A DNA stretch of 64,000 nucleotides from a virus (Duplodnaviria > Caudoviricetes): positions 32,001 to 96,000 of IMG/VR virus record IMGVR_UViG_3300025924_000001. One strand, given 5' to 3'. Both the position numbers and the translations under genes were made by a program. The notes beneath the pieces are model-generated. The model searched no databases. It saw nothing but the letters and a program-made list of their open reading frames with translations, and had not been told where the DNA came from. This document shows, in pieces, positions 28,312-36,284 of the stretch (its first letter is position 1; the number at the start of each line of letters is the position of its first letter).

Positions 28312-29810
28312 GCGGCCTCCTCGATGCCGGCCCCGCAGTGCGGGCACTTGTCGCGGGCGACGCCGCCGCTGGTCTTGGTGAACGGCTTCTCGCACCGGTG
28401 GCACTTGACGACGCCGTAGGCGTCGAGCCACGAGCCGCCGATGAGGTCCTTGAGGTCGTAGAACGCCCAGACGCAGGCGTCCATTCGGTCCGGGGACTCG
28501 GGGTCACCCGGCGCCCAGGTACACATCTCGTCCTCGAGCTGGGGGAAGATCCCCACGTGGTGGATGCGGTGCTGCTCGTAGAGGGCGGAGACGGGCTCGG
28601 CGCGGGTGTTCTTGCCGCGGCTCGCCCGCACCGATCGGAACGACACGTTGTTGTCGACGGCGCGAAGGACCGTGCCGATGTAGTCGCCGCCGTTGTTGAC
28701 CTCGGCGACGATCCGGTCGGCCTCGAACTCGTGGTAGGCGTCCACGGCGCGGCGCATGCACTGCTGTGGGGTGCCGCGCATCGTGTAGTCGGCGAGGACG
28801 TAGCCGTTTCCCTCGCGGTCCGCGGCCGCGACGACGATGCCGGTGAGGTCGCTGGTCTCGCCGCTCGTGACGGAGGGGTCGACGCCGACGACGACGCGCA
28901 CCAGGTCGAGGTTCTCGCGGGCCTCAACGGGTAGACGGTCGTTCTCGAGCCACTCGCGCTTCCACAGGGCGTTGTCCCGGTTCTCGAGGATCTCGGCGTC
29001 GAGCTCCTGCAGGCCGAGCTGGGTGCCGAGCATCGGGGCGATGACGTTGGCCTTGTAGCTGTCGCTGAGGTTCTCGAGGTTGTCGACGGTGCGGCCGCGG
29101 GTGACGATGACGTTGTCGCGCTGCATGAGCCCCGGCGTCGCGAGCTTCGTGTCGGAGACACGGAGCAGGGCCACGGGGCGGGGCGTGGTGGCGACGACGA
29201 TCCGGCTCACGTAGTCGAGCGGCCAGTCGGGGCGGCGGGGAAGGCGGGTCGCGATGGTCAGGTTGGACCACGTGGTGTCGGCCGCGGTGCCCTTGTGGGC
29301 GTCGGCCCAGAAGCAGGACTCGTCGCCCCACCCGAAGTGAAACTGCGGACCGCGGAGCTGCCAGGGCTTCTCCGCGGAGTACGTGAAGAACTTGCTGCCG
29401 TTCTCGAGGTAGAGCTCACCGAGGGAGCGGTTCCACGCGCCGTTGATCTTGCCGCCGCGGAGCTCGGTCTGCTTGAAGCAGTTGAGCAGCCCCGAGTCGC
29501 CCTCGATCATGGTGTCGCGGGTGTCGCCGATGGTGCGGGCGACGAGCGCGATGCGGCAGCCGGGGTACCGCCGGGCCTTCTCCGCCATGAGCTCGGCGGC
29601 GGTGCGGGACTTGCCCCAGCCACGGCCGGCGAGGATCAGCCAGACGAACCAGTTTCCCTCGGGCTCGAGCTGGTCGGGGCGGGCGGTCTCGCGCCAGGTG
29701 CGCTTGTGACCGTCACCGTTGTCGATGTCGGTCTTCTTCTGCTGCAGCTCGCGGAGGCGACGCAGCTTGTCGAGCTTGACCTCCAGGAGAGTGTCGACCA
29801 CGGCGCTCAC
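28308..29810 (-). CDS. terL: Terminase large subunit
   Basis: AGRGWGKS Walker A, LRGPQFHFGWGDE Walker B, GVDPS, EVNNGG, SPDRMDA nuclease motifs. Confidence 0.95.
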   Translation of the reverse strand: MSAVVDTLLEVKLDKLRRLRELQQKKTDIDNGDGHKRTWRETARPDQLEPEGNWFVWLILAGRGWGKSRTAAELMAEKARRYPGCRIALVARTIGDTRDTMIEGDSGLLNCFKQTELRGGKINGAWNRSLGELYLENGSKFFTYSAEKPWQLRGPQFHFGWGDESCFWADAHKGTAADTTWSNLTIATRLPRRPDWPLDYVSRIVVATTPRPVALLRVSDTKLATPGLMQRDNVIVTRGRTVDNLENLSDSYKANVIAPMLGTQLGLQELDAEILENRDNALWKREWLENDRLPVEARENLDLVRVVVGVDPSVTSGETSDLTGIVVAAADREGNGYVLADYTMRGTPQQCMRRAVDAYHEFEADRIVAEVNNGGDYIGTVLRAVDNNVSFRSVRASRGKNTRAEPVSALYEQHRIHHVGIFPQLEDEMCTWAPGDPESPDRMDACVWAFYDLKDLIGGSWLDAYGVVKCHRCEKPFTKTSGGVARDKCPHCGAGIEEAA

Positions 29811-29842
29811 CCCCGCTGTTGACCTGAAGTCAGCCTAGATCG

Positions 29843-30394
29843 TTAGGTCAGGTTGATCCGCTTGGCCTCCGCGAGCTCCGCCTCGAGCTTCGCGATCTCC
29901 GCGTCGACGCTGTCGACGGTGAGGATCTCGGCCTTGGTGGGCGCGTCGAGCCCGAGGAGCCGCGCGCGCCGTTCCTTGATCTTGAGGATGCGGTCGACGA
30001 TCTCCATCAGGAGGCGCTTGTCCGGGACCGCGAACCCCTCCTCATCGACGATGATCCGACCCTGCTGCACGAGGCGGGGGTTGGCCTGCAGCTCGCGCCA
30101 GCAGATCGCCTCGAGCTCGTCGTAGCTCTGCAGCTCGAGCGCCCGGGTCTCATCCGCGGCGAATCGCACGGCGCGGGCCATGGCTCGCTTGACCGCGGCG
30201 CCGGCGCGGTCCGGTGAGGGACCGCTCTCTCGCTTGCCGTCGACCCACAGCTCGAGCCGTACCGCGATCTGCTCGAGGGACCAACCGAGCGCCTTGAGGC
30301 GCGCGGCCTCGGAGTCACGGGCGCGGCCGTAGCTGTCGACGGGGCCGATGGGCAGGGGGACCAGGAGCTGGTCGTCACCGTTGCGGTCGCTCAC
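29843..30394 (-). CDS. Terminase small subunit (probable)
   Basis: N-terminal HTH (LGWSLEQIA), RRARLLGLDAP motif, directly upstream of terL; GAGGAGG RBS. Confidence 0.7.
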   Translation of the reverse strand: MSDRNGDDQLLVPLPIGPVDSYGRARDSEAARLKALGWSLEQIAVRLELWVDGKRESGPSPDRAGAAVKRAMARAVRFAADETRALELQSYDELEAICWRELQANPRLVQQGRIIVDEEGFAVPDKRLLMEIVDRILKIKERRARLLGLDAPTKAEILTVDSVDAEIAKLEAELAEAKRINLT

Positions 30395-30426
30395 CGGGCC
30401 TCCTCGTTGGTCGTTCAGTTGACACA

Positions 30427-30467
30427 GGACAGCCCCACCTCTCGGGGGTGGAGAGGTGGGGCTGTCC
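30427..30467. terminator. Strong hairpin between rpf-like gene and terS
   Basis: GGACAGCCCCACCTCTC / GAGAGGTGGGGCTGTCC inverted repeat. Confidence 0.6.
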
Positions 30468-30486
30468 CGTTGAGCCGTCGCGATCC

Positions 30487-31212
<726 letters not shown>

Positions 31213-31406
31213 TCACCCGCTGACGTCGCCATCGACGCGCTGGGGTGCTGACCGCAACCACCGGCTTCCGTGTCTCGTGAGACAGGTCACCTCTTGGCGA
31301 TAGTATACCTCGTCACAACGGACGTTGCCATCAACCGGTGCTTGCGGTCCAAAACCTACCAACCATTGAAGATCAAGTAAACAGTTGAGGTACGATTAAT
31401 ATCAAA

Positions 31407-31697
31407 TCAGTCCGCGACGCCCGTGAGGGCTGCGATCTTGTCGTACGCCTCGATCAGGTTCTCAGCCAGGTAGACCCGGATGTGTCGCCGCCTCGACCCG
31501 TTGTGGCGCTTCCCCGCCGGCTCCAGACCTGCCAGGTGGATCAGGTTCCGAACCTGGCCCTCGGTGAGCCTCGGCGGCCCGAGCAGGCTGGCCGCGTCGA
31601 ACACCGACCAGTACCTGGGATCGAGCAGGGGAACGACCTCGAGGTCCCTGGAGGACCAGCCGCGTCGCGGCTGGTTGGTCTTGTCTTCATCACTCAC
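31407..31697 (-). CDS. Hypothetical, possible HTH protein
   Basis: WSVFDAASLLG...QVRNLI; coupled to upstream gene. Confidence 0.5.
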   Translation of the reverse strand: MSDEDKTNQPRRGWSSRDLEVVPLLDPRYWSVFDAASLLGPPRLTEGQVRNLIHLAGLEPAGKRHNGSRRRHIRVYLAENLIEAYDKIAALTGVAD

Positions 31698-32359
31698 GAT
31701 GCGATCCCTACGTTGACGTCGTCGATGGTGGGCGGCGGAAGCCCCACGCTGCCGTCACGCCAGGCGAGAACCCAGCCCTGGATGACCGGCGAGTAGTCCA
31801 TGCGCGCGACCGGGCGGCGGTCGTCGCCGTCGCGGCAACCCGGGTTGACGCACCGGACCTCACCGCGGCTGGACCAGAAGCGCAGGGTGAGCTGGCCGCA
31901 GTAGGGGCACCGTGCCTCCGCCTGGCCGACGTTTCGGGGAAGCCGTTGAGGCAGGTCCCGCTCGCCGAGGACGATGAGGGAGCGCGCGCACCAGCCGCCC
32001 AGCTCACGGGCCGGCTCGAAGAGCCAGTCGTCGTGGATGGCCTCGGCGAGGCTCACGATCGCTCGCAGGGCGAAGATCGTGTTCGCGTCGTCCCCACCGC
32101 GCCGCAGCCAGCTCATGCCGGCGAGGTCGCGCAGGTCGTTCTCGAGGTAACGCGCCGTCGCGTGGATCTCGAGAACGAGGTGGGCGACGGGGGCGTTCCA
32201 CGGTGGCTGCGAGTGGTCGATCCGACCGGTGCGACCGCGGCCGCCGAGGCGGCTCGTGGGCGTCGCGATGATCGCGTCGAGGCGGTCGACGAGGGTGACG
32301 GCGTCGGTGACCGCGGCGCTCAGCCGCTCCCGAACGGTCGATCTTACGGGCTCCACCAT
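31694..32359 (-). CDS. Hypothetical zinc-binding phage protein
   Basis: 221 aa, SQPPWN and CPYC...C..P.C motifs. Confidence 0.6.
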   Translation of the reverse strand: MVEPVRSTVRERLSAAVTDAVTLVDRLDAIIATPTSRLGGRGRTGRIDHSQPPWNAPVAHLVLEIHATARYLENDLRDLAGMSWLRRGGDDANTIFALRAIVSLAEAIHDDWLFEPARELGGWCARSLIVLGERDLPQRLPRNVGQAEARCPYCGQLTLRFWSSRGEVRCVNPGCRDGDDRRPVARMDYSPVIQGWVLAWRDGSVGLPPPTIDDVNVGIAS

Positions 32360-32650
32360 GGTGCGATAGTATCATCGCACTGGTTTTCTCAGCTGAGATC
32401 AACGTTACCGTTCGATACCTGACCCTGGACACGACGATGGGGCCGGGTTGACCCGACCCCACCGTCTCTACGCTGAGACCATCATACCACCAGTTGAGGT
32501 TCCCCTACCAGCGGCTCGCTCGCCGCAGCAGCCAGAGCCAGAACCCCAACCGACGGTGTCGACCGCGACGGTGTCGCCGTCGCAGGGGCGGCAGGACCTG
32601 GCACTTCGGGAACGTGCAGCCACCGGCGCACCAGGTGGAGCACCGGGGGT

Positions 32651-34399
32651 TCACCCCTCCCACGGCCACCGCCCCGCCTGCCGGTCCTCCCACGGCCACC
32701 GCCCCGCCTGCCGGGCCTCGAGGGTCGGGATCAGACCGAACGTCGCGTCGGTCAGGCCGCCGAGCTCGTAGCGGTTGGTGCCCGGCTGCGTCGGCAGCGC
32801 GGACGCCGTGTAGGCGGCGACGTTGAAGGCGTAGATCGGCACGCCGCGGGGCGCCGAGGCGTCGACGTCACCGATGTGGTAGCCGTGCATGACGTTGCCG
32901 AACGTCTGCAGGTCGGTGAGGATGATGACCCGTCGGTGGTCGTCCCGCAGGGTCTCGCTCACGGCCCGGGCGATCTCGGTGCCGCCGCCGACGCTGCCGA
33001 TGCTCTTCCGGAACGTCTCCACGGCCCGCAGCAGGCTCGTGCCGCGGTCGACGCCGGTGACGTGGAACTGCCGGTTCGCGAAGCCCCACAGGTCGACGCC
33101 GGCGGGGTTCCGGATCTTCAGGGCGAGCCCAAAGATCGCGGCCGCGGTCGCGTAGTCCATCTTCGACTTGCTGGACAGCTCGCCGTAGGTCATCGAACCG
33201 GAGGTGTCGACGAGCACGAGCGTCCGCCCGTCGAGGATCGGCACGTTCGCGAGCGAGTGGCTCAGGGCCTGCTCCAGGGCGTGACCCCACCGCAGGGACT
33301 GCACCTCCCGGTAGGCGGACCAGAACCGGAACGGCAGTTGCCGGCTCCGCTTGACCTGCTCCGGGTCGGCGAGCCGCGTGATCAGCGGCCCGGCCACGGA
33401 GTCCGGGACCCCGGCCTCGTCGAGGTTGCGAAGGTTCCGCAGCAGGGCCATGTAGCCCATGGTCGGTGCGGCGAGCTGCCAGATCTCGGCGTTGGTGATC
33501 GGTTCAACCCTGGTCGGCTTCTCACCGAGCCACGGCTTGAGCCACTCCCACTGCCCGACCATCGCACCCTGGATCAGGTCCAGGGAGACCTGGTTGCCTC
33601 GCAGGGCACCCCAGGCGAGCTCGTGCCGCTCGTCGGGCGCGTAGCGCGACAGGGTGTGCCGCAGGTGGACCTTGGTCAGGGACTCCGGCGGCTCCGCGTC
33701 GTCGCGACCCTGCCGCGCTGTGATCGCCCACCGGAACAGGTCGTCCTGCCACGAGCGCTCGGCACCGGGGACGCGGACGTTCGCGTGGGTCAGCTCGAGC
33801 ACGTCACCGAACCGGACGGCCTTGGCCTCACCGTCGTAGCGCAGGAACGCGGCCTCGTCGTAGAGGCGGGTGACGGCGTCGGCGACGCCGCGCTTGACCG
33901 GCTTCGGCAGCCGGAGCTGCGCGGTGCCGTCGTCGCGGATGACGCCCCAGCGGTGCTTCCAGTAGGCGAGCAGCTCGCCGGGCTCGTCCGCGCGCTGCAG
34001 GACGGACGTGATGAGCTCGCGGTTGCCGTCACCAACCTTGCCGGCAGCGAGCCGCGCGTGCACGGCCTCCGCGGCGAGCAGCAGGGACGCGGTGCGGATG
34101 TTGCCCGGGCCGCGCAGCCAGGAGAGGAAGGCACGCACCCACGGCCACGTCTCATCGTCGGTCGCGAGGCCGCGCACGAGCTCGCGGAGCCGGTCCGTGC
34201 CCTCATCCGCGGTCTCGTAGAACGCCTTCTCGCCGGCGAACCGCGTGGTTGCGCGGAGGAACAGCTCCGATCGAGCGTCGCGCGTGTAGCCCGGGGCGCC
34301 CTCGTGGGTCACGGTGTCGGGGGTCGAGCTGACCGTCCGCAGCGGGCCGCCGGGGGCGACGCGTCGCGGCTGGGTCGCTGCCTTGTTGAATCCTGCCAC
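32651..34399 (-). CDS. Ro60/Rsr TROVE-vWA RNA-binding protein
   Basis: THEGAPGY..D.RSELF, RADEPGELLAY, KPVKRGVADA, MGYMALLRNLRN, SRQLPFRF, MIDAS LVDTSGSM, GGT, IILTD; GTG at 34399 has GAGGAG RBS. Confidence 0.93.
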   Translation of the reverse strand: MAGFNKAATQPRRVAPGGPLRTVSSTPDTVTHEGAPGYTRDARSELFLRATTRFAGEKAFYETADEGTDRLRELVRGLATDDETWPWVRAFLSWLRGPGNIRTASLLLAAEAVHARLAAGKVGDGNRELITSVLQRADEPGELLAYWKHRWGVIRDDGTAQLRLPKPVKRGVADAVTRLYDEAAFLRYDGEAKAVRFGDVLELTHANVRVPGAERSWQDDLFRWAITARQGRDDAEPPESLTKVHLRHTLSRYAPDERHELAWGALRGNQVSLDLIQGAMVGQWEWLKPWLGEKPTRVEPITNAEIWQLAAPTMGYMALLRNLRNLDEAGVPDSVAGPLITRLADPEQVKRSRQLPFRFWSAYREVQSLRWGHALEQALSHSLANVPILDGRTLVLVDTSGSMTYGELSSKSKMDYATAAAIFGLALKIRNPAGVDLWGFANRQFHVTGVDRGTSLLRAVETFRKSIGSVGGGTEIARAVSETLRDDHRRVIILTDLQTFGNVMHGYHIGDVDASAPRGVPIYAFNVAAYTASALPTQPGTNRYELGGLTDATFGLIPTLEARQAGRWPWEDRQAGRWPWEG

Positions 34400-34432
34400 G
34401 TTCCTGACTCCTCTTCCTCGTTGGTCAGACAA

Positions 34433-34476
34433 CACGAGACCCTCAGCTCGACAGGGAGTGAGCTGAGGGTCTCGTG
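34433..34476. promoter_or_regulatory. 17-bp perfect hairpin between ncRNA array and Ro60 start
   Basis: CACGAGACCCTCAGCTC / GAGCTGAGGGTCTCGTG. Confidence 0.55.
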
Positions 34477-34548
34477 GTGGTGTGGTTCACCCCGTCACGG
34501 GTCAACCACGGTGCTCGTCACGGCGACTGATTGGACGAGGTCACGCCG

Positions 34549-34622
34549 TTGCGGGGACGGGATTTGAACCCGCGACCTGTGGGTTATGAGCCCAACGCGC
34601 TACCGAGCTGCGCCACCCCGCT
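34549..34622 (-). tRNA. tRNA-Met(CAT), initiator-type
   Basis: Cloverleaf, GGG-CT-CAT-AA-CCC anticodon arm, 1:72 mismatch, TTCAAAT T-loop; CCA not encoded. Confidence 0.9.
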
Positions 34623-34628
34623 AGGGCT

Positions 34629-34732
34629 TCGTGAGCTGGACCGGGACGAGACCTGAGGTTGACGATCGGCAATGAGGCGCAACCAATTTGCGAAGTAGCC
34701 GGTCGTCAGCGCACCGTCCCGGTCGCTCACGA
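34629..34732 (-). ncRNA. Y-RNA-like unit A (short)
   Basis: Terminal stem GACCGGGACG/CGTCCCGGTC, CGGTGCG, GGCTACTTC, GGTCTCG motifs. Confidence 0.7.
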
Positions 34733-34734
34733 GG

Positions 34735-34823
34735 TTCACCACGAGACCGGAGGTTGGCTGACGGACCGTCGCTACCGATTAAGAGTCGATTGAAGTATCC
34801 GTCGGCCTTCGCACCGTGGTGAA
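34735..34823 (-). ncRNA. Y-RNA-like unit B (short, Lys anticodon-like hairpin)
   Basis: TTCACCACG/CGTGGTGAA stem, CGGTGCGAAG, GGATACTTC, CGGTCTCG. Confidence 0.75.
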
Positions 34824-34840
34824 GATCATGTAGTTGTGGG

Positions 34841-34985
34841 TCGTCGCGAGACCGAGGCCGCTCACGGTTGATTCAGTAACGTGCTACCGATTACACTACA
34901 GCCCGAGGGGCCGACGGGACTCGAACCCGTACCTCAACCTTACGAGGGTTGTATTGAAGTAGCCGCTCGCTTCGCACCGCGACGA
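34841..34985 (-). ncRNA. YrlA-like Y RNA unit C
   Basis: Shared scaffold plus permuted tRNA domain: T arm ACGGG-TTCGAGT-CCCGT, loop-closed acceptor stem, D arm GTGT-AATCGGTA-GCAC. Confidence 0.82.
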
Positions 34986-34997
34986 TGAAGTTGTGGC

Positions 34998-35132
34998 TCA
35001 CCTCGAGACCGAAGCGCCGATCGGGGTATGCCGCTTGGCCGCTGCGGCTAACGACCGGGGTTGAGACCGGTCGATGGGATTCGAACCCACGATTCCACCA
35101 GGAAGTACCCGCTCAGCTTCGCACCGAGGTGA
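34998..35132 (-). ncRNA. YrlA-like Y RNA unit D
   Basis: Shared scaffold; T arm GTGGG-TTCGAAT-CCCAT, closed acceptor CGACCGG/CCGGTCG, D-like arm. Confidence 0.8.
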
Positions 35133-35162
35133 AGTTGTCGTGAGGGGTTGCCCTCTCACTCG

Positions 35163-35236
35163 TGGCTACCGCTGGGTTCGAACCAGCGACCTCCCCGGTT
35201 TCAACGGGGCGCTCTCCCAGCCTGAGCTAGGCAGCC
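35163..35236 (-). tRNA. tRNA-Phe(GAA)
   Basis: Cloverleaf, CCCCG-TT-GAA-AC-CGGGG. Confidence 0.9.
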
Positions 35237-35240
35237 AGGT

Positions 35241-35342
35241 GCACGATGCGGGGTCATCCCCCGCTTGAGCTCGTCTCATGGCCGAGCCCTTTCAGCGGTA
35301 CAGGAACTCGAGTACTTGTCAGCTGAAGGTTCGCCGTCGTGC
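35241..35342 (-). ncRNA. Unassigned multibranch structured RNA
   Basis: GCACGA/TCGTGC closing stem with three internal hairpins, between two tRNAs. Confidence 0.4.
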
Positions 35343-35352
35343 CGGCACCCCG

Positions 35353-35423
35353 TACCCCACGCCGGGATTGAACCGGCGCCAGCCGCTTGAGGGGCGGCCG
35401 TGCTACCACTACACCAGTGGGGC
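35353..35423 (-). tRNA. tRNA-Glu(CTC), atypical (C33)
   Basis: Cloverleaf, GCCGC-CC-CTC-AA-GCGGC. Confidence 0.75.
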
Positions 35424-35427
35424 GTGC

Positions 35428-35544
35428 GTTGATGTTGCTAAGCTGAATAGTACCACCAGGTGGGAATTGAACCCCGACCGCCCGTACGTTGCGGCTCCAT
35501 CCAGGAGGGAATTGAACCCCGACATCAGCTAGTTCAACATCAAC
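35428..35544 (-). ncRNA. Unassigned RNA with twin T-loop repeats
   Basis: 10-bp terminal stem, inner AGCTGA/TCAGCT stem, two copies of GTCGGGGTTCAATTCCCwCCTGG. Confidence 0.6.
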
Positions 35545-35569
35545 TTGCGACGGCGTACGACCGTCACCG

Positions 35570-35641
35570 CGCCGGAGACGGGGATTGAACCCGCGACCTC
35601 TCCCTCGACAGGGGAGCGCTCTTCCATTGAGCTACTCTGGC
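35570..35641 (-). tRNA. tRNA-Asp(GTC)
   Basis: Cloverleaf, CTCCC-CT-GTC-GA-GGGAG; one A:C mismatch in acceptor stem. Confidence 0.87.
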
Positions 35642-35645
35642 TTGA

Positions 35646-35791
35646 CCTCACCGAGACCGAGTGATCGCTCCCGGTTCCTATTGACTCATGCTCTGCCAAC
35701 TGAGCTACCGACTGCCTAGGCCGAAGGACGGGATTCGAACCCGTGACCCTGAGTTCCGCTGAAGTATCCGAGTGCGTTCGCACCGGTGAGG
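35646..35791 (-). ncRNA. YrlA-like Y RNA unit E
   Basis: CCTCACCG/CGGTGAGG stem, GGTGCGAA, GGATACTTC, T arm ACGGG-TTCGAAT-CCCGT, D arm GCTC-AGTTGGCA-GAGC, ACTCA/TGAGT stem. Confidence 0.82.
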
Positions 35792-35858
35792 CTCGTGCTG
35801 ATCGCTGGTTGAGCCGGCGAGCGTCGGGGGGTCTTAAACCCGCCGGTTGAACTGGCGA

Positions 35859-35956
35859 TGGTGAAACCGTACCATCCGTCGTCGAGCGCTGTCCAGGGCT
35901 ATTCTCAACAACTTTTACTGTTTACAAGCGACCCTCAGCGTGGTACGGTTTCACCA
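35859..35956. promoter_or_regulatory. Divergent promoter pair
   Basis: Minus: TGGACA-N18-TACGGT; plus: TTTACA-N17-TACGGT; both share TGGTACGGTTTCACCA. Confidence 0.7.
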
Positions 35957-35985
35957 GTCAAGGCGACCGAGCGAGGAGCGAGAGC

Positions 35986-36249
35986 GTGAACGAGGGCAGT
36001 GAGGTCTACCTGAGAACCGACGCGAGGCGTCGGACCATGGGCATCATCGTCAAGGACCTGGGCGGCAAGCCGGGCAAGCGTCGGTTCACGGTCGCGTGGA
36101 TCGACACCGGCGGCAAGCCCACCGATCACCTGGAAGCGGACCTCGTCGAGGTTCCGAGCGCGATCAACACCGTGACCGGCAACGTTGCCGGCAACGTCAT
36201 CCAGACGAGCACCTTCAACGGCTCCATCACCTTCAACCAGCGCGGCTGA
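35986..36249 (+). CDS. Hypothetical protein
   Basis: GAGGAG RBS, first gene after promoter. Confidence 0.65.
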   Translation: MNEGSEVYLRTDARRRTMGIIVKDLGGKPGKRRFTVAWIDTGGKPTDHLEADLVEVPSAINTVTGNVAGNVIQTSTFNGSITFNQRG

Positions 36250-36284
36250 ACGACGTCAACCGAGTGGAACAGGAATGAGGAACC

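Noticed and set aside
31320-31405. AT-rich gap as a cos/pac site or origin
   Set aside because: Composition is suggestive only; no repeats or terminus evidence.
34841-35132. Units C and D (and E) as ordinary or pseudo tRNA genes
   Set aside because: The T arm precedes the D arm and the acceptor stem is loop-closed, matching the YrlA-type permutation.
35353-35423. Opal suppressor or selenocysteine tRNA (TCA in loop)
   Set aside because: With the 5-bp stem, the central loop triplet is CTC; there is no long variable arm.
34629-35791. CRISPR array interpretation of the repeated GAGACC...GAAGTA...GCACCG motifs
   Set aside because: Conserved parts are short and split, unit lengths vary, interiors are structured tRNA-like modules, and no cas genes are present.
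32360-36000. RtcB RNA ligase partner of Ro60
   Set aside because: Often linked to Ro60 in bacteria, but no RtcB-like ORF is present in this window.
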